NCBI GenBank assembly: GCA_008369845.1
Contig: MRSU01003168.1
Span: 1-34,650, forward strand
Length of the DNA: 34,650 nucleotides
From: Trichomonas gallinae
Lineage: Eukaryota
Direction: 5' to 3'
Shown one piece after another: positions 18,601 to 28,027 of the stretch. The notes beneath the pieces are model-generated. The model had not been told where the DNA came from. It ran no database searches and was given only the letters and a program-made list of their open reading frames with translations. The stretch's first letter is position 1, and each line of letters begins with the position of its first letter. The position numbers were made by a program, and so were the translations under genes.

Positions 18601-21600
18601 AGATTCCTGCAGTATTTTCAGGAGATAATTCATATTTGACGCAGAATGATGCTAAATATGAGAAAATGTAGTAGTGCTGAGTAATTATTTTGACGATATA
18701 CTCGTTATTAAAGGCTTCCATAATATTGTCACATTGGTCTTGGAATTTTTCGTCGTCGAATTTTAGACATGAAAGATAGATTATTAGGAATGGTGCGAAA
18801 TGCATCTGATCGGACATGAATAATATATAAGACATATGTTCGTATATTTTGTAATTTTGTGCATCAATCATTGTAGAAATTAAGTCGAAATATTCCATTT
18901 TGTTGTATTCGATGTTATTCATTATAATCAACGACATATCAGCTAATGATTTGTCAATATTTGATAGCTTAGATGTCCTCAGTTCATTTATTAATGTATC
19001 AATTGGATAAACGTCATCACTGAAATTTGCTTTTGGATGTTTTAGTAAACTTGTGAATGATTCTCTCGCATAATTTCTCACATTATCATCGAAATGGTAA
19101 AATGAAACCAGATATAATAAAGTGAAGCAGATCGTGTTTGGATTGAGTTCGAAATATTTAACGAAAATATGCCAGCGCAAAGGAATAAAGAAAATGTCTT
19201 CACTTTCAGGCGTGAGCAGTTTCTGGAAATTGTCCTCACTGTATGATCCGACATTGTCATCATAACATGAGTTTATTGTTGTGATCAACAATTCTTCAGG
19301 AGGTATAAGTTTAAAATCATCGTTTTGGTCTAGTAACTGTGGCAAGATTTCTCCGTATAATGATCTTTGGAATTCAACGTCTTTATCCATCCACACGTCG
19401 TAATTCAAAATCAAATATCTGACCAAGTCTTGTTTTGACTCTAACGAAACATTCTTGTAAAGAGAAACAATATCATGAACAATATCATATGTTAAAGAAT
19501 TCGGCGTGTGCTTCAAAATGCTCGAAAAAACTCTAAAACCTCCAGAATCTCTGAAAAACTTTTCCATTTTTTCATCTTTCGTTATCATTGCGACAGTGAA
19601 ACCGAAAAGAGATCTCAGATACAAATTGCCTTGTTTTCCAGCATCTAGAAGCATCAAAGGCAGTGTCAATGGGAATATAGAGTCAAATTTAATGACATCG
19701 ACAAATGATCCGACGAATGGAATTGCTTCGCATGTTGTTTCGACGTCACCTTTCACTACTTCCATGATTAAACCGTCTCTTAAGTTTGAAGGCAAATAAC
19801 CATACAAACAAGAAGTAGGAAGAACATTAGAGAAATATGATTCTTGCGCTTGTTCGATTGCTGTTGAGATTTTTTCAGTTTTTAGGATAAAAATTGGACC
19901 GATTTCGCCAACGAAATATTCATTCTCAACTCCGCCAAAAGAAATAGTGCAGTTGGAATCGATTTTAGGGAACGGGAACTCTTTTGTATAAGTGTTCTTG
20001 TCTATGACTAACTCATAGAAATTCTGTTTCAAGTTGAAATACAAACTGTGCCACCTGAATTTCTTGACTTGTTCAATGACAACTTTTGCCCTTTTGTTTT
20101 TGATTCTCAGCTCAACGACTAATTCATTGTTTTCGCTCAAACACAGTTTGACTTGGTTATAGTTGTTAACTAATGTGAACATTGTTCTGTAGACATCGTT
20201 GTGAATTTTTCCAAACCTGAAACAGAAGCAGACTGTTATAGGCAGTGGCAAATCAACGTTCGCAGGTTTGATTAAATTTCCGTGAGAAAAGTGGAAAAAA
20301 GATGAAACAGGCGATTTTTGAGATCTCGACACGAAATCTAATAAACAGTTTGCTAGTGTTATCCTTAAACTGTCATTATCAGTGTTTCTCAAAGTTTTAA
20401 TAATGTCTCGCATAACAATTGGAGAGAAAAACTGAGAAGCAATCGACGAAAAAAGATTCACTGCTTTGAATGATACAGATTTTGACAGTCTTTCGAGTAG
20501 CTGGCTTAATATATTATTTGAAAAACATTTGTATGCACTAGAAGCATTGTTGGAGCACATCTCGTAGATCCTTGACAATATTCTATCTTCGAATTCAGAA
20601 TTTTCAACGAGTTTGACTAATAATGGAATAACATTTGGTTTGTATAAATCATATGTAGTATTTTTTGTGTCGTAAGCATAGTTTTCGAGTAAGTCAACAA
20701 GCTCCACATTTATGTCTGGATAAGGACAGCCTGATATTAATGTTGAAAACAAAATATCTTGCGATTTATCAAGATGAGCAATGATTTCTATCATTATTTT
20801 GAACAAATTGGTAGAATGAAATGTTGCTGTCGTTGTCGCGAAGTAGTTTAAAATTGTGGATTTCTCTATAATTTCGTAATCTATTCGCATTTTCTTGATT
20901 ATTGATAAAAATGATTCGAAAATATTCTCAGCGACATTTATAAAGATAGAGCTGTTGCCAATGGACGTCAATGTAATAGAGGCATAGTTTAGCACCGAAA
21001 TGAATAGATATGGCTCTTTTATGTTCGAGAAAATGTGCTTGAAAATGATTCCTATAAAATGCGAATATTTTTCGTTCAAAAAAGCTGATGTTGTCACGAA
21101 AATGTCGATAAATGACTGCAGAATTGTCTGATCTGTGACACATAGACATGAAGATGCCAAGAAAGCAACTAATTTGTCTCTTGTTGTTTCATTATAACTG
21201 AAATTTCGACTTCTGTTAATGGAAACAGCTTCTGTTATATCGGCCAAGATCTGAGAACCTAAAAATTTCGGGTTATTATCAAGTACTAATGATCTGAATA
21301 AAGGAATAAAATATAAAATTCTATCAAAGTTGGGATATGCGTATAATGTTGATATATAATTGAACATCGACTCTTGCTGTTGCGGATTATTGACAATATA
21401 TAAGTAAAGAAACTGTAAATAAGCTAATTGATATTCAGATAATCTTTTTTCTTGTTTTCCAATTGGAATTGGGAACATGTCAGTGAATGGTATTAGATTC
21501 AAGAACTCTTCGATTAATGAAAAATCAATTTGCTTAATCTGACAAAGAGATAAAAGCAAAGCGTATGATTTTTCGATTATTGTTTCATCTTTTGATATTC

Positions 21601-22807
21601 GGAGGTTCTGAATGGCAAGATGCATGATAACAGCTGATTGCTCATTTAAATTGCTTACATATTGCTGCATTTCGATTAGAATTAAATGCCACGATTGATT
21701 TAATATCGAGCAGCCCTTCTTTGATAAGATATTTGTGGAAAATTTAGCTATATTTTCATTCAACAACAAAGAACAATCGTTTTCTTCTGGTAAAATCGGA
21801 ATTTCGTATGATGTAAATTGCGTCATTGCTAATAACATTAAATCATTAACAACTGCAATTAAAATAGGATTAGAATTGATATGGATGATGCTTTTTGTTA
21901 GGAATCTAAAGCAAGTAGTCATTAATTGGAAATAAGATTCAATTTTTGCTTGAAAACTGAGCAAATATTGAATAATTTTGGAAGTATCAGATACAATATC
22001 GCTAATCTGTTTCAGATTGAACTGTTCGAATATTTCTAGTGAAGAATTTAAAAATGCAGATGTGAAATTCGAATAGAATTGTAAATCTTTGTCTCTTTTG
22101 AAGACAAATGTCCATTCATGGAATAGTTTAGCTAGAAATGTAACTATATCTCCAATTCCTGTGTTATTTTCGATTGATAATAAAGGAATAACAATGATTC
22201 CAACGCGCTCTATCGCTGTTCTTATGTAGTGCCCAGACTGTAGAAGGAAAATCTGCTGCATATTTGGTATTGAATCGAAAAAATATTTCAATAAAATAAC
22301 TGCATCGGATTTTTGAAGAGTTTCGAAGACAAAAAGGATAGAAATAGCCTCAGATACAAAATTCCAGCACTTATCAGGAAGTTCTGGGCATCTATTCTCT
22401 TTCAAAACTCTGGGAAAAATTTGACGAATATTATAGAAAACACATATGAAGCTTCGGACAAAGAAATCTTCTATATTTTCGTAAAATTTAGAGTTCTGAA
22501 TAGCTGATGATGAATCAAACCATGAATGCAAGAAAAATAAATGATTTAACATTGGAATTTCTTTCATTTTGAATAAATTTACAAGTGTTTCTTCTAAAGT
22601 TTCGATATCGTGTATCGTTTTAACACTGTTTAATATCTGTTGTTGCGTTAATGGTGAATAATTGAATGAATTAATAAAATTATCAATGGGAGTAGGCTTC
22701 GAATTTTCGATATTCCGAACAGAAAGCGGTTTAGTGAAGTAATTGACCCATATAGGAATGTACTCGTGGCCCCCAGATTTCTCGAGGAGGCCACTAATAA
22801 ATTCCAT
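15656..22807 (-). CDS. Beige/BEACH domain protein (helical N-terminus, ConA-like, PH, BEACH, WD40), 2383 aa
   Basis: The BEACH domain is clear: [98 protein letters not shown] (~16580-17390). It is preceded by a PH-like segment ([16 protein letters not shown]) and followed by WD-like repeats. A ConA-like block (RWHSLY...[10 protein letters not shown]) lies at ~19890-20300. Confidence 0.95.
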   Translation of the reverse strand: [2383 protein letters not shown]

Positions 22808-22810
22808 TGA

Positions 22811-22823
22811 AAATGAAAAGTGA
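22811..22823 (-). promoter_or_regulatory. Tandem putative Inr motifs upstream of the BEACH gene
   Basis: The minus strand reads GTCACTTTTCATTTTCA-ATG, with TCACTT and TCATTT within 16 nt of the ATG. Confidence 0.55.
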
Positions 22824-23044
22824 CAAAAATTCTGATTTTAAAAACGACTAAAAATATCACATATATAACTATTTTAACTTTAAAACGTATTTCTCTCAAT
22901 TTTGAAGTAAAAAATAAACCATTCAAATATTTTGTATTGCCAAATGGATCCTTCATTTTGACTCCATAAATCATATATATTCTTTATATATATTCAAACA
23001 ATCATGTTTTGGGGCCTTAAATCACGATTTCCTATCTTTCCATA

Positions 23045-23445
23045 AAAAAAATTGCCTTATTTTGACCTAAAAATCTTTAAATTAAAATATTTATCTCATA
23101 CATATTTCAAATATAGTGGAAATAATCAATTTAAGATTTGATAATTTTGAATTCTATAATTAGTGAGACTGATTCTAATATTAATATACTCATTATATCT
23201 TCAATCAAATATGAATAATTCTAATTTATTTGGTTCGATTATTAAAAATTTGCCTTATTTTGAACTGAAAATGTTAAAAATAATATATTCATCTCATGAC
23301 AATTTTAAATATACTGGATAAAATCGATTTGAGATTCAATAATTTTTAAAATTTTTCTAAATATTGAGGCTGATTCTGATATTATTATAACCATCAAATA
23401 TTCAAATAAATACAACAGATTTATATTGGTTTGGATTAGATTAAT
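23045..23445. repeat. Degenerate tandem duplication, two ~198-bp units
   Basis: Colinear anchors: TTGCCTTATTTTGA at 23052 and 23250, ATCTCAT at 23093 and 23291, CTGATTCT at 23169 and 23370, TTGGTT at 23230 and 23426. Confidence 0.85.
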
Positions 23446-23494
23446 AAAAAATCAATAAATTTTTGTTCATATGAGTAAATTAAGATCACTAAGT

Positions 23495-24616
23495 TTACTC
23501 AAGGTTAAGCTCTTTGGCAACACCATCAACGTCTAACTTAGACTCATCAATTTCTGGGTTGAATGGAGCTGGATCTTCGACTTTAGGTTCATATGTTACC
23601 TTTAAGTTCTCGTCTTCATCATCAAACTTGAATAATTCCTTCTTCTCTTCCTCTTCTGGTGTGAATGGATTTGCAGCATCATCGTTTGCCTGGCTGTCAT
23701 ACATATATCCATCAATTTCAATTTCACCTTCCTCATCTGGTGACTGAGCCTTTCTGCCCTTTCCACGCCCTCTGCCGCGACCTCTGCCTCTTCCACGGGC
23801 AGCAGCTGGCTTTGGAGCTTCTTCTGCTGGCTTTTCTTCAGCAGGAGTTTCAGCTGGCTTCTCTTCTTCTGGTGTTGGCTCAGCGGCATATGGAGATGGA
23901 GCTGGATTGACATCATCAAAGCGTTCTCTTCTGAGCTGAGCGCTTGTATCCTTGTGTGATGAGATGATTTGAGATGGATCTTTAACGTGATCTCTGATTG
24001 AGCGCAATAAGATCAAAATGGCATTGTAAACAGCCAATTCAAGGGATCCCTTGATTTCAAGGCCCTTGCCGTAATGGATAAAGCAAGATCTTAATCTTCT
24101 CCACTTGAATAACTCGTATTTCTTCTTGTATTCCTGGAAATAGATGATCATATCCTTTAATTCAGCGGCTGTCTGAAGCTTCATCTTCTTTGCTTCAGCG
24201 ATGTTCTTGATAACAGATGCGCTTTGATTTGGCGATGCTTCGTATGTTTTCTGCTTTGCAATGTAACTGTCGAGTTTCTTTCTCTTGTCTTCGATTTCCT
24301 TTTGGAGTCTAGCTAAAACTACATTTCTGGCAGAAATATCTCTTAAGTCAGCCATTGCTCTGTAGTGGTATTCGTAGCATTCGTAGTGTGCGTTTGCGAT
24401 ACCGTTGAACTGTGGTACCATGCTTTCGAAGAATTTCTCGTAGTTCTTGCAGTCTCTCCTTACTAATGCAAGTGTAGCTTCGCACAGCTTGTTGAAAGCA
24501 ATGCCTAAGTTTCTGATTTCGTTTGCGGCACCATCTAGTCTGGATACAACCTCATCTAATGCTGTTGCATCCTTGACTAACTTGTTCCACATCTCATTTA
24601 ACTTAACTTTCTCCAT
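23495..24616 (-). CDS. Putative BAR-like helical protein with acidic disordered tail (RG repeat, NPF, clathrin-box-like motif), 373 aa
   Basis: The ~210-aa all-helical N-terminus ends in YELFKWRRLRSCFIHY, reminiscent of SNX/Vps5-type BAR helix 3. The tail contains RGRGRGRGRGRGKG, ANPFTPEEEE and ELFKFDDED. The CDS is solid; the BAR call is inference. Confidence 0.6.
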   Translation of the reverse strand: MEKVKLNEMWNKLVKDATALDEVVSRLDGAANEIRNLGIAFNKLCEATLALVRRDCKNYEKFFESMVPQFNGIANAHYECYEYHYRAMADLRDISARNVVLARLQKEIEDKRKKLDSYIAKQKTYEASPNQSASVIKNIAEAKKMKLQTAAELKDMIIYFQEYKKKYELFKWRRLRSCFIHYGKGLEIKGSLELAVYNAILILLRSIRDHVKDPSQIISSHKDTSAQLRRERFDDVNPAPSPYAAEPTPEEEKPAETPAEEKPAEEAPKPAAARGRGRGRGRGRGKGRKAQSPDEEGEIEIDGYMYDSQANDDAANPFTPEEEEKKELFKFDDEDENLKVTYEPKVEDPAPFNPEIDESKLDVDGVAKELNLE

Positions 24617-24982
24617 TTTGGCACTTTTATAAATCTAAAATCTGACAATCAACTTTACATTTGACATGTAAATCAAAATGTGAAATGTGACACGTAAATA
24701 TTTTGTAAATTTGTACAATGTCAAATATTTTTAACATCTCTAAACGCCGACTGTTAACTACATATTTAGTAGTTATTTTATGACTATTTTATCTTTTTTG
24801 ACACAATTTTGAATAGCTTTGCCTATTAGTTATGAAATCTCCTTTGATTATCAAAATTAATTAGATTTTTTTAATTTTGTTTTCGAATTGATATCTGTAA
24901 ATATTGGAGATCGAAAATAAGTATTTTATATCAAGCAAAAAATAAAAATAAAAAATCAAATAAAAATAGCGAAAAATATAAA

Positions 24983-27900
24983 TTAGATCTCGTCATCATC
25001 TGATACCATTCCATCAGTTGAGGCGATTCCGACTCTCTTCAACATGTCATCGAGGCCACCGATCAAGTCGACGTTCTGGTCGTCTTCTTCCATGTCGAAT
25101 TCGTCGCCAGTCTTGATCGATCTTTCTCCGATGGTTGTATCCTTTGGAGCTGGCTGCTCTTTAACGACTTCTTCGTCTTCCTTCTTGGCAGACATCTCCC
25201 TAGGAAGTACACCATCATCTTCCGGTCCTTTCTCTGGCTCAACCTTCTCTGGAATTTCAATGTCTTCGTCATCATCCTGCTTCGTCTCAATCGGCTCTGG
25301 ACGCTGGACTTCGATCTTCTTTTTAGGGACAACTTGCTGTGTGATAGTTGTTGTCTTTGTGGTTGTAACTGTTGTTGTAACAACCTGTGTTGTAGGAACA
25401 ATTTTCTCTTCCATCTGAATAGGAGCCTTTTCATCTTCCTTCTTTTGTGGTTTAACTTCTTCAACCTTTTCTTCAGGATCTATTTGCTTCTCTTCCTTCT
25501 TCTGTGGTTTAATTTCTTCTACCTTTTCTTCAGAAACTATTGGCTTTTCTTCTACTTTCTTTTCTTCTTCCTTTTCTTCAGGAATTATTGGCTTTTCGTC
25601 CTTCTTTTGTGGAATAATTTCTTCCTCTTCATTCTTTACTTCAGGAATTATTTCTTCCTGCTTTTGCTGTGGTTTGATTTCTTCCTGCTTCTTTTGCGGA
25701 ATAATTTCTTCCTTATTTTCTGGAATTGTTTCTTCCTTCTTGTGGATTGGCGAGATGACGTCTCCGTTGTCGTGGACGATTGTTTCTTCTGTCTTATTTG
25801 ATTCGTCGTCTGAGAATTTCATTAATTCCTGGATCTTCTGGTTAAGCTCTGGAGAGATTGAGTCATCTTCTTCTTCGTTGACACCCCAGTCGTTGACTTC
25901 CTCAGCGGGTTTCTCGTCATCTTTGATATTCTTGAATTCGTCATCATCAGCTTCGTTGACGTCGTTTTCTTCAACGATCGTCTTCTCTTCCTCTTCTTCA
26001 GATGCTACGACTTCCTCGACCTTCTGCTCGATCTTCTGGATGATGTTCTTGTGGTCGACAGACGAAGGAGTCTTGATTGGGCTGAAAACTTCTTCAGCGG
26101 ATTCTTCCTCTTCGACTGTCTTGATTCCTGCGTCGCGTTTCTGGGAAAGGAGCTGTGAGAACTCTTCGTCCTCTTCTTCTTCGACGTGTGCCTCTTCTTC
26201 TTCATCTTCGGCTTGAGAATCTTGAATTGAAACCTGAGGGGTGGCGAAGTGGTTTGTTTTTGGCTTTGAGTCGAAGAGAGAGATATTCTCTGTCTTAGCG
26301 TTGATGATGTCGTCGTCATCGCTTGGAACTCTGAAAGAATCAAGGCCAATTAAATTCAATGTTGAAAGATTTCCAACTCTGTGTGGTGGCTCGTAGCCAG
26401 TATCGTGCATGTTGACTTTCCTCATGATATCATCTACATCTACGTCTGAGTCATCGCTCTTCAGCCTCATGTTTGCGAGAATCTGAGAAATTGGCTGTGG
26501 TTCGAACTCATCGGCGACAGGTGGAACGAAAAGAGGCAAAAGATCGTCATCAGAATCAGATCCGTGGAATGTCTTGTTTGGAGAACCAAGGGATTCGCGT
26601 GTATGTGAACGTTGTTGAATCTTCGGTGAAGGTGGCTCGATTGGAGAGTCAAAATCGGATTCATTGATGTCATCGTGGATCCTTCCTGTGTATTTCGCGT
26701 CGACAACGTCCTCAATTGGATGTAATTCTTCTGAAGGAAGGGATTCTGGAATTTCTTCCTCGTTGATGTCCTCCTCTTCAGCAGAAAGTACGACTTGTGG
26801 TGTTTGTTCTGGAATTTGTTTGATTTCATCGACTATTTCCGGCTTTGTTTGAATTGTCTGTTGTTTTGGTGTCTTATTCGATTTGATTGGGCGTGGTGTG
26901 TCCCTTGGCTGCTCAATCTCGTGGACATCTTCTTCTTCGTTGCAATATTCTTCCAAATCTTGAACTTCTCTTTGCGCTGGTTTCCTGAAGTCCGCTGGGT
27001 CGTACTGTGATGTACGAGATTTCCTTGAACGCTGTGGAGACAAATTCACAGGAGTTTCTGGATAATAATTATTTTCTAGCGGCTCAGTAACGTTTCTTGA
27101 AACTCCGATGCAGTAGTCGAGTTGGTCCTTGATGACTGTAAGACGAGACTGGATTTCGTGAGCAGCTTCAGAAGCCTGTGATTCGGTTATAGCGTCTTTT
27201 GGCTGAGATCTGTGGCGCGATGAACGATGCCTTGATGAGCTTTTTTTATCAGTTGGAATTGAGCGTTTTCTTGAAGATCTTGGCTTTTCCTCTTCCAAAT
27301 CTGGATTTTGCGAGCTATCTAGAGCCAAGTCGATGTATTTGTTGTGATGATAACGAACTGGTGGGGCCATCTGCTCGGATCCAAAGACTGAATCTGTATC
27401 TTCATCGACGCCGCTGTTTAATATTCTTGAGATTTTGTTTGAGAGTCGTTTTTGTCCCGGATTGTTGAGGTATGAGTATTTGTGCGGGTTCGGAGGCTCG
27501 TATTGTTTGGTAGAAACACGTGAATTTTGTGGTTGTTCATATTGTTCCTCTTCCTCGTAAGAAATGCTTCTTGTTCTGTGGTGAGATCTGTGGTGTCTGT
27601 GGTGATGATGCTCGTGGCGATCTGGAATCGGTTCTAATGTGCGGCTGTCAAGGATGTAATTTGTAGAATTGAAATTAATTGGGAATCCGAGCTGTGCCAA
27701 TCTATTAGGCGAACCAGACGGGTATTTTGGTTGTGGCCACGGGCCTTTTGGTGGGAATTTTATTGACGCTCTTGGCGCAGAATGTTGAGAAATGCTCCTG
27801 CTTTGTTCTTGCGACTCCTGCAGTTGGGATTTGTAAAGTGGGGACCCATTCGAGAGTCTTAGCGGGAATCCCATCTGCGCAGCCCTGTTTGGAGATCCTA

Positions 27901-28027
27901 ACGGATATACCGGCTGTGGCCAGGGCTGCTTAGACGAATGATTTTTACTTGTGTTATACGGAGAATGTCGCGAGAAGTGGGATAATGATGAAGCATCGTG
28001 GCGACTGCTATGTCCTTTATGCTTCAT
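24983..28027 (-). CDS. Large low-complexity protein: S/H/P/R-rich N-terminus with a duplicated motif, Glu-rich repetitive C-terminus (~1014 aa)
   Basis: Uninterrupted ORF. The second Met (28027, MKHKGH) is the preferred start because an Inr-like TCACTT lies just upstream and the extra 16 codons look like AT-rich spacer. Confidence 0.75.
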   Translation of the reverse strand: MKHKGHSSRHDASSLSHFSRHSPYNTSKNHSSKQPWPQPVYPLGSPNRAAQMGFPLRLSNGSPLYKSQLQESQEQSRSISQHSAPRASIKFPPKGPWPQPKYPSGSPNRLAQLGFPINFNSTNYILDSRTLEPIPDRHEHHHHRHHRSHHRTRSISYEEEEQYEQPQNSRVSTKQYEPPNPHKYSYLNNPGQKRLSNKISRILNSGVDEDTDSVFGSEQMAPPVRYHHNKYIDLALDSSQNPDLEEEKPRSSRKRSIPTDKKSSSRHRSSRHRSQPKDAITESQASEAAHEIQSRLTVIKDQLDYCIGVSRNVTEPLENNYYPETPVNLSPQRSRKSRTSQYDPADFRKPAQREVQDLEEYCNEEEDVHEIEQPRDTPRPIKSNKTPKQQTIQTKPEIVDEIKQIPEQTPQVVLSAEEEDINEEEIPESLPSEELHPIEDVVDAKYTGRIHDDINESDFDSPIEPPSPKIQQRSHTRESLGSPNKTFHGSDSDDDLLPLFVPPVADEFEPQPISQILANMRLKSDDSDVDVDDIMRKVNMHDTGYEPPHRVGNLSTLNLIGLDSFRVPSDDDDIINAKTENISLFDSKPKTNHFATPQVSIQDSQAEDEEEEAHVEEEEDEEFSQLLSQKRDAGIKTVEEEESAEEVFSPIKTPSSVDHKNIIQKIEQKVEEVVASEEEEEKTIVEENDVNEADDDEFKNIKDDEKPAEEVNDWGVNEEEDDSISPELNQKIQELMKFSDDESNKTEETIVHDNGDVISPIHKKEETIPENKEEIIPQKKQEEIKPQQKQEEIIPEVKNEEEEIIPQKKDEKPIIPEEKEEEKKVEEKPIVSEEKVEEIKPQKKEEKQIDPEEKVEEVKPQKKEDEKAPIQMEEKIVPTTQVVTTTVTTTKTTTITQQVVPKKKIEVQRPEPIETKQDDDEDIEIPEKVEPEKGPEDDGVLPREMSAKKEDEEVVKEQPAPKDTTIGERSIKTGDEFDMEEDDQNVDLIGGLDDMLKRVGIASTDGMVSDDDEI
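25430..25745 (-). repeat. Intragenic degenerate peptide repeats (K/E)EE(I/V)(I/K)P(Q/E)(K/E)
   Basis: KKEETIPENKEEIIPQKKQEEIKPQQKQEEIIPEVKNEEEEIIPQKKDEKPIIPEEK...EEIKPQKKEEK...EEVKPQKKE. Confidence 0.75.

Noticed and set aside
22648..22974. 108-aa ORF over the BEACH start
   Set aside because: It runs through AT-rich promoter DNA and overlaps the real CDS out of frame.
23045..23445. Tandem repeat as a CRISPR array or two ankyrin repeats
   Set aside because: There are only two long degenerate units with no repeat-spacer structure, and the translation has stops and no TPLH-like motif.
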